From Nemertoderma westbladi (taxonomy: Eukaryota > Animalia > Xenacoelomorpha), in the NCBI GenBank assembly GCA_032718475.1, contig JAUCBJ010007844.1, positions 50,119 through 114,118 of the forward strand: a stretch of 64,000 bases of DNA. The letters are read 5' to 3'. Under the pieces are notes generated by a model. It had not been told where the DNA came from, did not search any database, and saw nothing but the letters and a program-made list of their open reading frames with translations. The position numbers and the translations under genes are program-made. Shown here piece after piece: positions 44,546 to 57,366 of this stretch (positions are counted from its first letter, which is position 1; the number at the start of each line of letters is the position of its first letter).

Positions 44546-44808
44546 TTTACTCAGTCACTCAGTCAGGGCAGTACGGTGACATTTTATAACCGTCGCCGCC
44601 ACCATCACCAATTATATTACCATTTACTCAGTTCACCATCAACTGTGCTATGTGTTTACTCAGTTCATTTATATATATCCATTAACAATTTCGGAACGAT
44701 ATCAATCACTGGCGGCGGGGACGCGTAAATAAACCACACCGCTCGGATCCCGTCACAGGTATATTGAATTGGTGGATAAGTGCTTCAAAGCGGTTTTGAA
44801 CTTCTACC

Positions 44809-45154
44809 ATATATTCAATATACCAGAATATAGTAACAGCCCACAAGGAATCAGCTAAGAGGCATATCCCCCAGAAACCCAAACGAAAACAGTATGTGCG
44901 ACTACAAAGTTAAAACCGAACAACCAAAAACCGAAAACATTAACAAGGTCGAGAAAGCTAAGGACGATCTTAAATTGTCCTACAACATTAGCCAGGAAAA
45001 GTACATACAGGATAAAACTGAAGCAATTACAACTGCTCACATACAGCAACAATCAAAACTTACCTGGTAAACTGTAAATGAGGTATCTGGTCGGAAAAGT
45101 TGTGCAAAGGGGCGCTTCAAAGCCGATAGTCCTGAAGAACGTGTTGGGAAGTGG
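44809..45154 (+). pseudogene. RTE EN-RT linker fragment with deletion/frameshift and premature stop
   Basis: Manual translation: YSIYQNIVTAHKESAKRHIPQKPKRKQYV, then INKVEKAKDDLKLSYNISQEKYIQDKTEAITTAHIQQQSKLTW*TVNEVSGRKSCAKGRFKADSPEERVGKW, resembling RTE linker regions. Confidence 0.7.
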
Positions 45155-45158
45155 ATAA

Positions 45159-46666
45159 TCCTATATGGAGTCAATCAATCAGAAGTTAGAACCAGTACTC
45201 CTTAATGGAGTCCATCAATCAGAAGTTAGAACCAGTACTCCTATATGGAGTCAATCATACATCAGTTAGAACCAGTACTCCTATATGGAGTCAATCATAC
45301 ATCAGTTAGAACCAGTACTCCTATATGGAGTCCATCAATCAGAGGTTAGAACCAGTACTCCTTTATGGAGTCCATCAATCAGAAGTTAGAACCAGTACTC
45401 CTTTATGGAGTCCATCAATCAGAAGTTAGAACCAGTACTCCTATATGGAATCCATCAATCAGAAGTTAGAACCAGTACTCCTATATGGAGTCCATCATAC
45501 AGCAGTTAGAACCAGTACTCCTATATGGAGGCCATCAATCAGAAGTTAGAACCAGTACTCCTTTATGGAGTCCATCATACAGCAGTTAGAACCAGTACTC
45601 CTATATGGAGTCCATCAATCAGCAGTTAGAACCAGTACTCCTATATGGAGTCTATCAATCAGAAGTTAGAACCAGAACTCCTTTATGGAGTCCATCATAC
45701 AGTAATTAGAACCAGTACTCCTCAATCAGCAGTTAGAACCAGTACTCCTTTATGGAGTCCATCAATCAGAAGTTAGAACCAGTACTCCTATATGGAGTCC
45801 ATCAATCAGAATCAGAAGTTAGAACCAGTACTCCTATATGGAGTCCATCATACAGCAGTTAGAACAAGTACTCCTATATGGAGTCCATCATACAGCAGTT
45901 AGAACCAGTACTCCTATATGGAGTCCATCATACAGCAGTTAGAACCAGTACTCCTATATGGAGTCCATCATACAGCAGTTAGAACCAGTACTCCTATATG
46001 GAGTCCATCAATCAGAATCAGAAGTTAGAACCAGTACTCCTATATGGAGTCCATCATACAGCAGTTAGAACAAGTACTCCTATATGGAGTCCATCATACA
46101 GCAGTTAGAACCAGTACTCCTATATGGAGTCCATCATACAGCAGTTAGAACCAGTACTCCTATATGGAGTCCATCATACAGCAGTTAGAACCAGTACTCC
46201 TATATGGAGCATCAATCTGCAGATAGAACCAGGAACCAGTACTCCTATATGGATTCCATCATACAGCAGTTAGAACCAGTACTCCTATATGGAGTCCATC
46301 AATCAGAAGTTAGAACCAGTACTCCTATATGGAGTCCATCAATCAGCAGTTAGAACCAGTACTCCTATATGGAGTCCATCATACAGCAGTTAGAACCAGT
46401 ACTCCTATATGGAGTCCATCATACAGCAGTTAGAACCAGTACTCCTATATGGAGTCCATCATACAGCAGTTAGAACCAGTACTCCTATATGGAGTCCATC
46501 AATACAGCAGTTAGAACCAGTACTCCTATATGGAGTCCATCATACAGCAGTTAGAACCAGTACTCCTATATGGAGTCCATCATACAGCAGTTAGAACCAG
46601 TACTCCTATATGGAGTCCATCAATCAGAAGTTGGAACCAGTACTCCTATATGGAGTCCATCATACA
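45159..46666 (+). repeat. 40-bp satellite array, segment 3
   Basis: Same monomer, between the two RTE fragments. Confidence 0.98.
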
Positions 46667-48002
46667 TATCAGGTCAGGTCAGGTCCCCAGATCCTGCTAC
46701 CACTATGGCAGTAATGTGGTACTACCTGTAGCTGTCAGCCCAGTAGGGCAGGCCCGATAAGCATAGCCTATTCATTATTTAGTTGATCAAGAGTGGGTTG
46801 GTTTAACCCTGTCAACTAAATAAGTCATTGAGGGCTATAGCGCCTAGGGCACCATTGAAGGCAAAGGCTTGATACGCATCTGCATTAGAGATGATACACG
46901 CCCCCCCCCCCCCCTGTCTATACTGGATACTCCTCTACCAGTAACCTAACCCAGGGGGCACACTTGGTTCAGGGTGTAACAAATGGACCCCTACAGTTGG
47001 CAGCAGGGCTGTAGGCCATGGAGGTTAGGCGGAAGGTAATCAACCAACGGCTAGACATGCTGACAAGGTCGGCGGAAGGTAATCAACCAACTGCCATGAA
47101 GTACAATGACATTGGAAATAGATGGACGTTAGTAACAAGCTCAGCAGTAAGAAACTCGGCCAATGCATCAATTGGTGGAGTAGGAATTCTGCTACGCCCA
47201 TTTGCACTTAAGACCCTAAACAACGTCGAATCTATAAATTCCAGGGTTATGATCACAACATTTGATGGGAATCCCAAGGCAACAGTTATATGTTGCTACA
47301 GTCCACCCAATGCCTCAGAGCCAGAACAAGCATTCAAGTTTTATGAAGAACTGACTGGACTTATAAAGGACATTCCGAAACACAATTAGTTTACTCAGTC
47401 ACTCAGTCAGGGCAGTACGGTGACATTTTATAACCGTCGCCGCCACCATCACCAATTATATTACCATTTACTCAGTTCACCATCAACTGTGCTATGTGTT
47501 TACTCAGTTCATTTATATATATCCATTAACAATTTCGGAACGATAACAATCACTGGCGGCGGGGACGCGTAAATAAACCACACCGCTCGGATCCCGTCAC
47601 AGGTATATTGAATTGGTGGATAAGTGCTTCAAAGCGGTTTTGAACTTCTACCATATATTCAATATACCAGAATATAGTAACAGCCCACAAGGAATCAGCT
47701 AAGAGGCATATCCCCCAGAAACCCAAACGAAAACAGTATGTGCGACTACAAAGTTAAAACCGAACAACCAAAAACCGAAAACATTAACAAGGTCGAGAAA
47801 GCTAAGGACGATCTTAAATTGTCCTACAACATTAGCCAGGAAAAGTACATACAGGATAAAACTGAAGCAATTACAACTGCTCACATACAGCAACAATCAA
47901 AACTTACCTGGTAAACTGTAAATGAGGTATCTGGTCGGAAAAGTTGTGCAAAGGGGCGCTTCAAAGCCGATAGTCCTGAAGAACGTGTTGGGAAGTGGAT
48001 AA
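46667..48002 (+). mobile_element. Degenerate RTE 5' half (copy 2, near-identical to copy 1)
   Basis: Same junctions and sequence as 43819-45158, except a poly-C run 4 nt shorter and a substitution (GATATC vs GATAAC). Confidence 0.8.
47018..47389 (+). pseudogene. RTE APE endonuclease fragment (copy 2)
   Basis: Translation identical to 44174-44545. Confidence 0.8.
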
Positions 48003-51000
48003 TCCTATATGGAGTCAATCAATCAGAAGTTAGAACCAGTACTCCTTAATGGAGTCCATCAATCAGAAGTTAGAACCAGTACTCCTATATGGAGTCAATC
48101 ATACATCAGTTAGAACCAGTACTCCTATATGGAGTCAATCATACATCAGTTAGAACCAGTACTCCTATATGGAGTCCATCAATCAGAGGTTAGAACCAGT
48201 ACTCCTTTATGGAGTCCATCAATCAGAAGTTAGAACCAGTACTCCTTTATGGAGTCCATCAATCAGAAGTTAGAACCAGTACTCCTATATGGAATCCATC
48301 AATCAGAAGTTAGAACCAGTACTCCTATATGGAGTCCATCATACAGCAGTTAGAACCAGTACTCCTATATGGAGTCCATCAATCAGAAGTTAGAACCAGT
48401 ACTCCTTTATGGAGTCCATCATACAGCAGTTAGAACCAGTACTCCTATATGGAGTCCATCAATCAGCAGTTAGAACCAGTACTCCTTTATGGAGTCCCTC
48501 AATCAGAAGTTAGAACCAGTACTCCTATATGGAGTCCATCAATCAGCAGTTAGAACCAGTACTCCTATATGGAGTCCATCATACAGCAGTTAGAACCAGT
48601 ACTCCTATATGGAGACCATCATACAGCAGTTAGAACCAGTACTCCTATATGGAGGCCATCAATCAGAAGTTAGAACCAGTACTCCTATATGGAGTCCATC
48701 ATACAGCAGTTAGAACAAGTACTCCTATATGGAGTCCATCATACAGCAGTTAGAACCAGTACTCCTATATGGAGTCTATCAATCAGAAGTTAGAACCAGT
48801 ACTCCTTTATGGAGTCCATCATACAGCAGTTAGAACCAGTACTCCTATATGAAGTCCATCAATCAGCAGTTAGAACCAGTACTCCTTTATGGAGTCCATC
48901 AATCAGAAGTTAGAACCAGTACTCCTATATGGAGTCCATCAATCAGCAGTTAGAACCAGTACTCCTATATGGAGTCCATCATACAGCAGTTAGAACCAGT
49001 ACTCCTGGAGTCCATCATACAGCAGTTAGAACCAGTACTCCTATATGGAGTCCATCAATCAGAAGTTAGAACCAGTACTCCTATATGGAGTCCATCAATC
49101 AGCAGTTAGAACCAGTACTCCTATATGGAGTCCATCATACAGCAGTTAGAACCAGTACTCCTATATGGAGTCCATCAGACAGCAGTTAGAACCAGTACTC
49201 CTATATGGAGTCCATCATACAGCAGTTAGAACCAGTACTCCTATATGGAGTCCATCATACAGCAGTTAGAACCAGTACTCCTATATGGAGTCCATCATAC
49301 AGCTGTTAGAACCAGTACTCCTATATGGAGACCATCATACAGCAGTTAGAACCAGTACTCCTATATGGAGCATCAATCAGAAGTTAGAACCAGTACTCCT
49401 ATATGGAGTCCATCATACAGCAGTTAGAACCAGTACTCCTATATGGAGTCCATCAGACAGCAGTTAGAACCAGTACTCCTATATGGAGTCCATCATACAG
49501 CAGTTAGAACCAGTACTCCTATATGGAGTCCATCATACAGCAGTTAGAACCAGTACTCCTATATGGAGTCCATCATACAGCTGTTAGAACCAGTACTCCT
49601 ATATGGAGACCATCATACAGCAGTTAGAACCAGTACTCCTATATGGAGCATCAATCAGAAGTTAGAACCAGTACTCCTATATGGAGTCCATCATACAGCA
49701 GTTAGAACCAGTACTCCTATATGGAGTCCATCATACAGCAGTTAGAACCAGTACTCCTTCCTATATGGAGTCAGTCCATCAATCATAAGTTAGAACCAGT
49801 ACTCCTATATGGAGTCCATCATACAGCAGTTAGAACCAGTACTCCTTCCTATATGGATTCCATCATACAGCAGTTAGAACCAGTACTCCTATATGGAGTC
49901 CATCATACAGCAGTTAGAACCAGTACTCCTATATGGAGTCCATCAATCAGAAGTTAGAACCAGTACTCCTATATGGAATCAGTCCATCAATCATAAGTTA
50001 GAACCAGTACTCCTATATGGAGTCCATCATACAGCAGTCAGAACCAGTACTTCTATATGGAGACCATCATACAGCAGTTAGAACCAGTACTCCTATATGG
50101 AGTCCATCAATCAGAAGTTAGAACCAGTACTCCTTTATGGAGTCCATCAATCAGAAGTTAGAACCAGTACTCCTATATGGATTCCATCAATCAGAAGTTA
50201 GAACCAGTACTCCTATATGGAGTCCATCAATCAGAAGTTAGAACTAGTACTCCTTTATGGAGTCCATCAATCAGAAGTTAGAACCAGTACTCCTATATGG
50301 AGTCCATCATACAGCAGTTAGAATCAGTACTCCTATATGGAGTCCATCATACAAAAGTTAGAACCAGTACTCCTATATGGAGTCCATCATACAGCAGTTA
50401 GAACTCCTATATGGAGTCCATCATACAGCAGTTAGAATCAGTACTCCTATATGGAGTCTATCATACAGCAGTTAGAACCAGTACTCCTATATGGAGTCCA
50501 TCATACAGCAGTTAGAACCAGTACTCCTATATGGAGTCCATCAATCAGAAGTTAGAACCAGTACTCCTATATGGAGTCCATCATACAGCAGTTAGAATCA
50601 GTACTCCTATATGGAGTTCATCAATCAGCAGTTAGAACCAGTACTCCACCAATCAGAAGTTAGAACCAGTACTCCTTTATGGAGTCTATCATACAGTAGT
50701 TAGAACCAGTACTCCTCAATCAGCAGTTAGAACCAGTACTCCTTTATGGAGTCCATCAATCAGAAGTAAGAACCAGTACTCCTATATGGAGTCCATCATA
50801 CAGCAGTTAGAACCCGTACTCCTATATGGAGTCCATCATACAGCAGTTAGAACCAGTACTCCTATATGGAGTCCATTATACAGCAGTTAGAACCAGTACT
50901 CCTATATGGAGCCCATCATACAGCAGTTAGAACCAGTACTCCTATATGGAGTTCATCAATCAGCAGTTAGAACCAGTACTCCTATATGGAGTCTATCAAT

Positions 51001-53877
51001 CAGAAGTTAGAACCAGTACTCCTTTATGGAGTCCATCATGCAGTAATTAGAACCAGTACTCCTCAATCAGCAGTTAGAACCAGTACTCCTTTATGGAGTC
51101 CATCAATCAGAAGTTAGAACCAGTACTCCTATATGGAGTCCATCAATCAGAAGTTAGAACCAGTACTCCTATATGGAGTCCATCAATCAGAATCAGAAGT
51201 TAGAACCAGTACTCCTATATGGAGTCCATCATACAGCAGTTAGAACAAGTACTCCTATATGGAGTCCATCATACAGCAGTTAGAACCAGTACTCCTATAT
51301 GGAGTCCATCATACAGCAGTTAGAACCAGTACTCCTATATGGAGTCCATCATACAGCAGTTAGAACCAGTACTCCTATATGGAGCATCAATCAGCAGATA
51401 GAACCAGGAACCAGTACTCCTATATGGATTCCATCATACAGCAGTTAGAACCAGTACTCCTATATGGAGTCCATCAATCAGAAGTTAGAACAAGTACTCC
51501 TATATGGATTCCATCAATCAGCAGTTAGAACCAGTACTCCTATATGGAGTCCATCATACAGCAGTTAGAACCAGTACTCCTATATGGAGTCCATCATACG
51601 GCAGTTAGAACCAGTACTCCTATATGGAGTCCATCATACAGCAGTTAGAACCAGTACTCCTATATGGAGTCCATCATACAGCAGTTAGAACCAGTACTCC
51701 TATATGGAGTCCATCATACGGCAGTTAGAACCAGTACTCCTATATGGAGTCCATCATACAGCAGTTAGAACTCCTATATGGAGTCCATCATACAGCAGTT
51801 AGAACCAGTACTCCTATATGGAGTCCATCATACAGCAGTTAGACCCAGTACACCTATATGGAGTCCATCAATCATAAGTTAGAACCAGTACTCCTATATG
51901 GAGTCCATCATACAGCAGTTAGAACCAGTACTCCTATATGGAGTCCATCATACAGAAGTTAGAACCAGTACTCCTATATGGAGTCCATCATACAGCAGTT
52001 AGAACCAGTACTCCTATATGGAGTCCATCATACAGCAGTTAGAATCAGTACTCCTATATGGAGTCCATCATACAGCAGTTAGAACCAGTACTCCTATATG
52101 GAGTCCATCATACAGCAGTTAGAACCAGTACTCCTATATGGAGTCCATCATACAGCAGTTAGAACCAGTACTCCTATATGGAGTCCATCATACAGCAGTT
52201 AGAACCAGTACTCCTATATGGAGTCCATCATACAGCAGTTAGAATCAGTACTCCTATATGGAGTCCATCATACAGCAGTTAGAACCAGTACTCCTATATG
52301 GAGTCCATCATACAGCAGTTAGAACCAGTACTCCTATATGGAGTCCATCATACAGCAGTTAGAACCAGTACTCCTATATGGAGTCCATCATACAGCCTAT
52401 ATGGAGTCCATCAATCAGAAGTTAGAACCAGTACTCCTATATGGAGTCCATCAATCAGAATCAGAAGTTAGAACCAGTACTCCTATATGGAGTCCATCAT
52501 ACAGCAGTTAGAACCAGTACTCCTATATGGAGTCCATCAATCATAAGTTAGAACCAGTACTCCTATATGGAGTCCATCATACAGCAGTTAGAACCAGTAC
52601 TCATATATGGAGTCCATCATACAGAAGTTAGAACCAGTACTCCTATATGGAGTCCATCATACAAAAGTTAGAACCAGTACTCCTATATGGAGTCCATCAT
52701 ACAGCAGTTAGAATCAGTACTCCTATATGGAGTCCATCATACAAAAGTTAGAACCAGTACTCCTATATGGAGTCCATCAATCATAAGTTAGAACCAGTAC
52801 TCCTATATGGAGTCCATCAATCATAAGTTAGAACCAGTACTCCTATATGGAGTCCATCATACAGCAGTTAGAATCAGTACTCCTATATGGAGTCCATCAT
52901 ACAGCAGTTAGAACCAGTACTCCTATATGGAGTCCATCATACAGCAGTTAGAACCAGTACTCCTATATGGAGTCCATCATACAGCAGTTAGAACCAGTAC
53001 TCCTATATGGAGTCCATCATACAGCCTATATGGAGTCCATCAATCAGAAGTTAGAACCAGTACTCCTATATGGAGTCCATCAATCAGAATCAGAAGTTAG
53101 AACCAGTACTCCTATATGGAGTCCATCATACAGCAGTTAGAACCAGTACTCCTATATGGAGTCCATCAATCATAAGTTAGAACCAGTACTCCTATATGGA
53201 GTCCATCATACAGCAGTTAGAACCAGTACTCATATATGGAGTCCATCATACAGAAGTTAGAACCAGTACTCCTATATGGAGTCCATCATACAAAAGTTAG
53301 AACCAGTACTCCTATATGGAGTCCATCATACAGCAGTTAGAATCAGTACTCCTATATGGAGTCCATCATACAAAAGTTAGAACCAGTACTCCTATATGGA
53401 GTCCATCAATCATAAGTTAGAACCAGTACTCCTATATGGAGTCCATCAATCATAAGTTAGAACCAGTACTCCTATATGGAGTCCATCATACAGCAGTTAG
53501 AACCAGTACTCCTATATGGAGTCCATCATACAGAAGTTAGAACCAGTACTCCTATATGGAGTCCATCATACAGCAGTTAGAACCAGTACTCCTATATGGA
53601 GTCCATCAATCAGAAGTTAGAACCAGTACTCCTATATGGAGTCCATCATACAGCAGTTAGAACCAGTACTCCTATATGGAGTCCATCATACAGCTGTTAG
53701 AACCAGTACTCCTATATGGAGTCCATCATACAGCAGTTAGAACCAGTACTCCTATATGGAGTCCATCATACAGCAGTTAGAACCAGTACTCCTATATGGA
53801 GTCCATCATACAGCAGTTAGAACCAGTACTCCTATATGGAGACCATCATACAGCAGTTAGAACTAGTACTCCTATAT
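48003..53877 (+). repeat. 40-bp satellite array, segment 4
   Basis: Same monomer and orientation. Confidence 0.99.
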
Positions 53878-56800
53878 CCTATATCCTATATCCTTATCGT
53901 CCAATGCGAGAGTTGTGACACATTTGTACATTTAAAATGTTACCGTAGGAAACGCAGTAATTTATTCTCCACCAGAAACAATCTTGAACCAAGTTTTCTC
54001 TGCAATAGCTGTATTTTTACCGAACTTCCCTTTCATGATACAATTTTAGAATCAGAAACCGACGATTCATTTCTCACATCGCCTCTGCAAACTCCAAGTG
54101 ATGCTGAGAGTGAAACTTTTAATTTTTTTAAGAAAAAAGGTCTGCATTTTTTGCACTTAAACGCACGATCTCTGCTTCCCAAACTTTCCGAAATTCGAAT
54201 TTTAATCAATAAATCCAACCCAGCAGTTTTAACAATCTCTGAAACTTGGCTCGATGATAGTGTTTCTGATGGAGAAATTTATATTGATAATTACGTAGTT
54301 TTACGTAAGGATAGGGACAGACACGGTGGTGGTGTTTGTACTTACATTCGATGTGATTTAGCTTTTAATCGTAGGGAAGATTTAGAGACTTGTGACGAAG
54401 TTTTACTGGTGGAACTTTTACTTCCTAAAACTAAACCTATTTTAATCGGTACTTTATATCGGCCCCCTAAACAATCAGATTTTTTGCAAAATTTTGAAAA
54501 TACAATTTTATGTAATCTTAGGTCAGACTGTGAAATATATTTCTTAGGTGATTTTAATATCTGTTACCATCACAAAGCATCCCCCATCTGTAAACAGTAC
54601 CAAAGTATTTTAAATTTGTTTGGTTTAAAACAAATTATTCGAGATTCTACCAGAATTACCAGTAAAACTTCTACTTTACTAGATCACATCCTTTGTAATA
54701 ATACCGATATTATTTCTCAATCTGGGGTTTTACCTATAGGTCTAAGCGATCATTTTATAGTTTTTTGCACAAGAAAGACACAAAAATCTTTTTTCGGGGA
54801 TCATAAAACAGTAACAGTTAGGTCTATGAAAAATTACAGCAAGGAACGCTTTTTAAGTTTGTTAGTTAATTCTGACTGGGAACCCTGTTTTAAGGCCGCT
54901 GACATTAACCTTGCGTACACTGTTTTTAAAGATATATTTTTAAAGGCACTTAATACTGTAGCACCAATTAAAGAAATTAGTCTTAAACAACGCACTGAGC
55001 CCTGGATGACCTCGGGTATTCTTAGTAATATCAGAGAAAGAGATAACTATTTGTATAAATTTAGGAAATACCGTGTTTTAGCTGATTATAATAATTACTG
55101 CAAATATAGAAACCTTGTCCAACGGGAAATAAAAAAAGCTAAATCTGAATATTTGTACAACAAAATAAGTGAGAATAAAGATAATCCAAAAAGTCTATGG
55201 TCTACCCTAAAATCTTTAGGTTATAAAAACCTTAAATCTAAATCGAATATTGTTCTGCAAGATAACGGTGAGCTGATTCATGATCATACTCTAGTTAGTA
55301 ATTTATTTAATAATTATTTTACTAATGTTGCCTCTAATTTAGTTAAGAAATTACCGTTATCAAGTAATAAATATAGTATAGGGTCCGAAACTCTAAATAA
55401 TTTTTATTTAGAAAAGTTACAAAATTCAGAAAAGTTATTTTTAAAACCCGTTTCTGAGGATTTCGTTTTTAAAAATCTACTTAGCCTATCAGCCTCAACA
55501 AGTACCGGTCTAGATCTAATACCTGCCCGTTTTCTTAAGGATGGTGCTGAAGTACTTAAAGTGCCTATTACTTTTATTATTAATTACTCTATCGTAGATA
55601 ATGTAGTACCAGACGAACTGAAATTAGCTAAGGTTGTTCCTCTGTATAAAAAGAATAGTAAAGTAGAACCCTGTAATTACAGACCTGTTAGTATCTTAAG
55701 TATTGTATCTAAAATTCTAGAACGTTCTGTTTTTCTACAGCTGGAGGCACATCTTAGTAGGCTAAATCTGATCTATGAACTTCAGTCCGGTTTTCGTAAA
55801 TCATATTCTACAGACACCTGCCTTATTAACTTAACTGATACAATTAGATGTAATAACGCAAAGGGTTTATATACTGGTATGGTAATGTTGGACCTACAAA
55901 AGGCTTTCGATACTGTAGATCACGAAATTCTGCTTGGTAAGTTAGGCCTGATGGGTGTAGGTTCTATAGACTGGTTCAAGTCGTACCTGTCAGACAGAGG
56001 TCAAACTGTAGTCATTAGCAAATCGCAGTCTACTGTACAAGAGATTACCTGTGGTGTACCGCAAGGTAGTATATTAGGTCCTCTGCTTTTTGTATGCTAT
56101 GTAAATGATATGATAAGTAGTATAGATCCCGATTTTAAACTCATTTTATATGCCGACGACAGTGCTCTTATTTTCTCTCATAAAGATCCTATCCATATTT
56201 CCCAAAAGTTAAGTGCAGTTCTAGAATCCTGTAATGAGTGGTTGGTTGATAATAAGCTATCCATTCACTACGGTAAGACTGAAAGTATTTTGTTTGGTTC
56301 CAAAAGAAAGTTAAAGAAAGTAACTAAGTTTGAAGTCACTAGTAATGGACATAAGATTGAAAATAAAAAGGAAGTTAAATATTTAGGCGCCACATTGGAT
56401 AACTGCTTATCAGGAGAAAGTACAGTGAAAAATATTTTCTCGAAAGTTAACAGTAGGCTTAGGTTTCTATACAGAAATAAAAATAGTTTGAACACCGACT
56501 CCCGCAAGTTACTTTGCTCTTCTTTAATACAGTGTCACATGGACTATGCGTGCTCTTCTTGGTATGAAGGCTTAACCAAACAGCTTAAATGTAAATTACA
56601 AGTAGCTCAGAATAAAGTAGTACGATTTATTAAAGACTACAAACCTAGGCACCACCTAACTCCAGATGACTTTTCTGAATCTGGACTACTTAACTTAGAT
56701 AGTAGAGTTAAGCAGCTACGCCTTAACCATGTGCATAAAGTGTATAATGGTAAATGTCCCAATTACCTAAAACAAAAATTCAACAGAGTACGCGATACAC

Positions 56801-57018
56801 ACTCTTACAGTACCAGAGCTAGTGCTTCAAACTTCTACCTCCCGAATTGTAAATCCTTTGAATCTGATACTTTCTTTTTTAACGGCATAAAAAATTGGAA
56901 CGCTCTGCCTAATGAAATTAAAAACCTAAATAATCAACATTCTTTTAAATCTGCAGTTAAATCTCACCTCCATGTGCAATGTAAAAATAGGTACAATAGT
57001 CCTACAGTAAGTTATTAG
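53836..57018 (+). CDS. LINE ORF2: partial PHD finger, APE endonuclease and reverse transcriptase (first ~20 codons from satellite/junction)
   Basis: [12 protein letters not shown]...CNSC (PHD lacking the first CxxC); [41 protein letters not shown]; [44 protein letters not shown]. No stops. Confidence 0.95.
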   Translation: METIIQQLELVLLYPISYILIVQCESCDTFVHLKCYRRKRSNLFSTRNNLEPSFLCNSCIFTELPFHDTILESETDDSFLTSPLQTPSDAESETFNFFKKKGLHFLHLNARSLLPKLSEIRILINKSNPAVLTISETWLDDSVSDGEIYIDNYVVLRKDRDRHGGGVCTYIRCDLAFNRREDLETCDEVLLVELLLPKTKPILIGTLYRPPKQSDFLQNFENTILCNLRSDCEIYFLGDFNICYHHKASPICKQYQSILNLFGLKQIIRDSTRITSKTSTLLDHILCNNTDIISQSGVLPIGLSDHFIVFCTRKTQKSFFGDHKTVTVRSMKNYSKERFLSLLVNSDWEPCFKAADINLAYTVFKDIFLKALNTVAPIKEISLKQRTEPWMTSGILSNIRERDNYLYKFRKYRVLADYNNYCKYRNLVQREIKKAKSEYLYNKISENKDNPKSLWSTLKSLGYKNLKSKSNIVLQDNGELIHDHTLVSNLFNNYFTNVASNLVKKLPLSSNKYSIGSETLNNFYLEKLQNSEKLFLKPVSEDFVFKNLLSLSASTSTGLDLIPARFLKDGAEVLKVPITFIINYSIVDNVVPDELKLAKVVPLYKKNSKVEPCNYRPVSILSIVSKILERSVFLQLEAHLSRLNLIYELQSGFRKSYSTDTCLINLTDTIRCNNAKGLYTGMVMLDLQKAFDTVDHEILLGKLGLMGVGSIDWFKSYLSDRGQTVVISKSQSTVQEITCGVPQGSILGPLLFVCYVNDMISSIDPDFKLILYADDSALIFSHKDPIHISQKLSAVLESCNEWLVDNKLSIHYGKTESILFGSKRKLKKVTKFEVTSNGHKIENKKEVKYLGATLDNCLSGESTVKNIFSKVNSRLRFLYRNKNSLNTDSRKLLCSSLIQCHMDYACSSWYEGLTKQLKCKLQVAQNKVVRFIKDYKPRHHLTPDDFSESGLLNLDSRVKQLRLNHVHKVYNGKCPNYLKQKFNRVRDTHSYSTRASASNFYLPNCKSFESDTFFFNGIKNWNALPNEIKNLNNQHSFKSAVKSHLHVQCKNRYNSPTVSY

Positions 57019-57208
57019 TTTATTAATTATTTACTATTTATACTGTAATTACGTTTTATAATAAATTGTTCTGTACATTACATCTTTATCGTTGAGTCGG
57101 GCATTGTCACGCTCTCGGTAAAGTTGTACATGTACATAGTGTAATTACGTTTTATATTGGTTTTAGGTTAGCGTAGTGTAATATTGTATTTGTAACCAAG
57201 TAACATAA

Positions 57209-57252
57209 AGGACCCCCTTGGAAATAAGCTGCAAAGCTTTAGGGGTAATCCT
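57209..57252 (+). other. LINE 3' UTR stem-loop (putative RT recognition signal)
   Basis: AGGACCCCCTTGGAAATAAGCTGCAAAGCTTTAGGGGTAATCCT: AGGA/TCCT and ACCCC/GGGGT arms, ~80 nt upstream of the tail. 3' stem-loops are typical of CR1/L2-group LINEs. Confidence 0.55.
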
Positions 57253-57332
57253 ATATGTTATGTTGGACAATACCTTTATACCGGTACATTGTTTGGTGTA
57301 TTTGTTATTGTTTTTACATAATGTATAAATAA

Positions 57333-57333
<1 letters not shown>

Positions 57334-57365
<32 letters not shown>
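57334..57365 (+). repeat. (TCTA)n 3' tail of the LINE
   Basis: About 8 perfect TCTA units directly after AATAAA, merging into satellite CTATATGG. Confidence 0.9.

Positions 57366-57366
<1 letters not shown>

Larger units (their letters stand above)
43819..45158 (+). mobile_element. Degenerate, internally deleted RTE-clade element, 5' half only (copy 1)
   Basis: Starts with (TCAGG)3, then a structured 5' UTR, an APE endonuclease fragment and an RTE linker fragment (YQNIVTAHKESAKRHIPQKPK; W*TVNEVSGRKS...KADSPEERVGKW). No RT, tail or TSD. Confidence 0.8.
53878..57365 (+). mobile_element. 5'-truncated CR1/L2-group (CR1- or Crack-like) LINE, ~3.5 kb
   Basis: AT-rich insert with an APE-RT ORF, ~310-nt 3' UTR, AATAAA (57328-57333) followed by a (TCTA)n tail, and short target duplication CTATAT (53872-53877 / 57363-57368). 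Confidence 0.92.

Noticed and set aside
499-50081. Dozens of 60-138 aa ORFs ([15 protein letters not shown]..., MEHQSEVRTS...)
   Set aside because: Translations of the satellite in which indel variants skip the TAG stop; not genes. They are informative only in exposing the VLLYG similarity.
54033-56507. Minus-strand ORFs inside the CR1-like ORF2 (likewise 44239-44433, 44855-45052 and their copies)
   Set aside because: Antisense shadows of coding sequence.
16201-57018. Bacterial RT system (retron, DGR, group II intron, RT-CRISPR)
   Set aside because: Both RTs have non-LTR retrotransposon signatures: microsatellite tails, TSDs and 5' truncation, plus an APE domain in one.
57044-57156. 17-bp direct repeat TGTAATTACGTTTTATA in the LINE 3' UTR
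   Set aside because: Real but ordinary UTR duplication; there is no evidence that the intervening DNA is a separate element.
57246-57257. TAATCCTATATG in the LINE 3' UTR, resembling the satellite core and the junction at 45156
   Set aside because: A short AT-rich match that is part of the stem-loop; compatible with chance.
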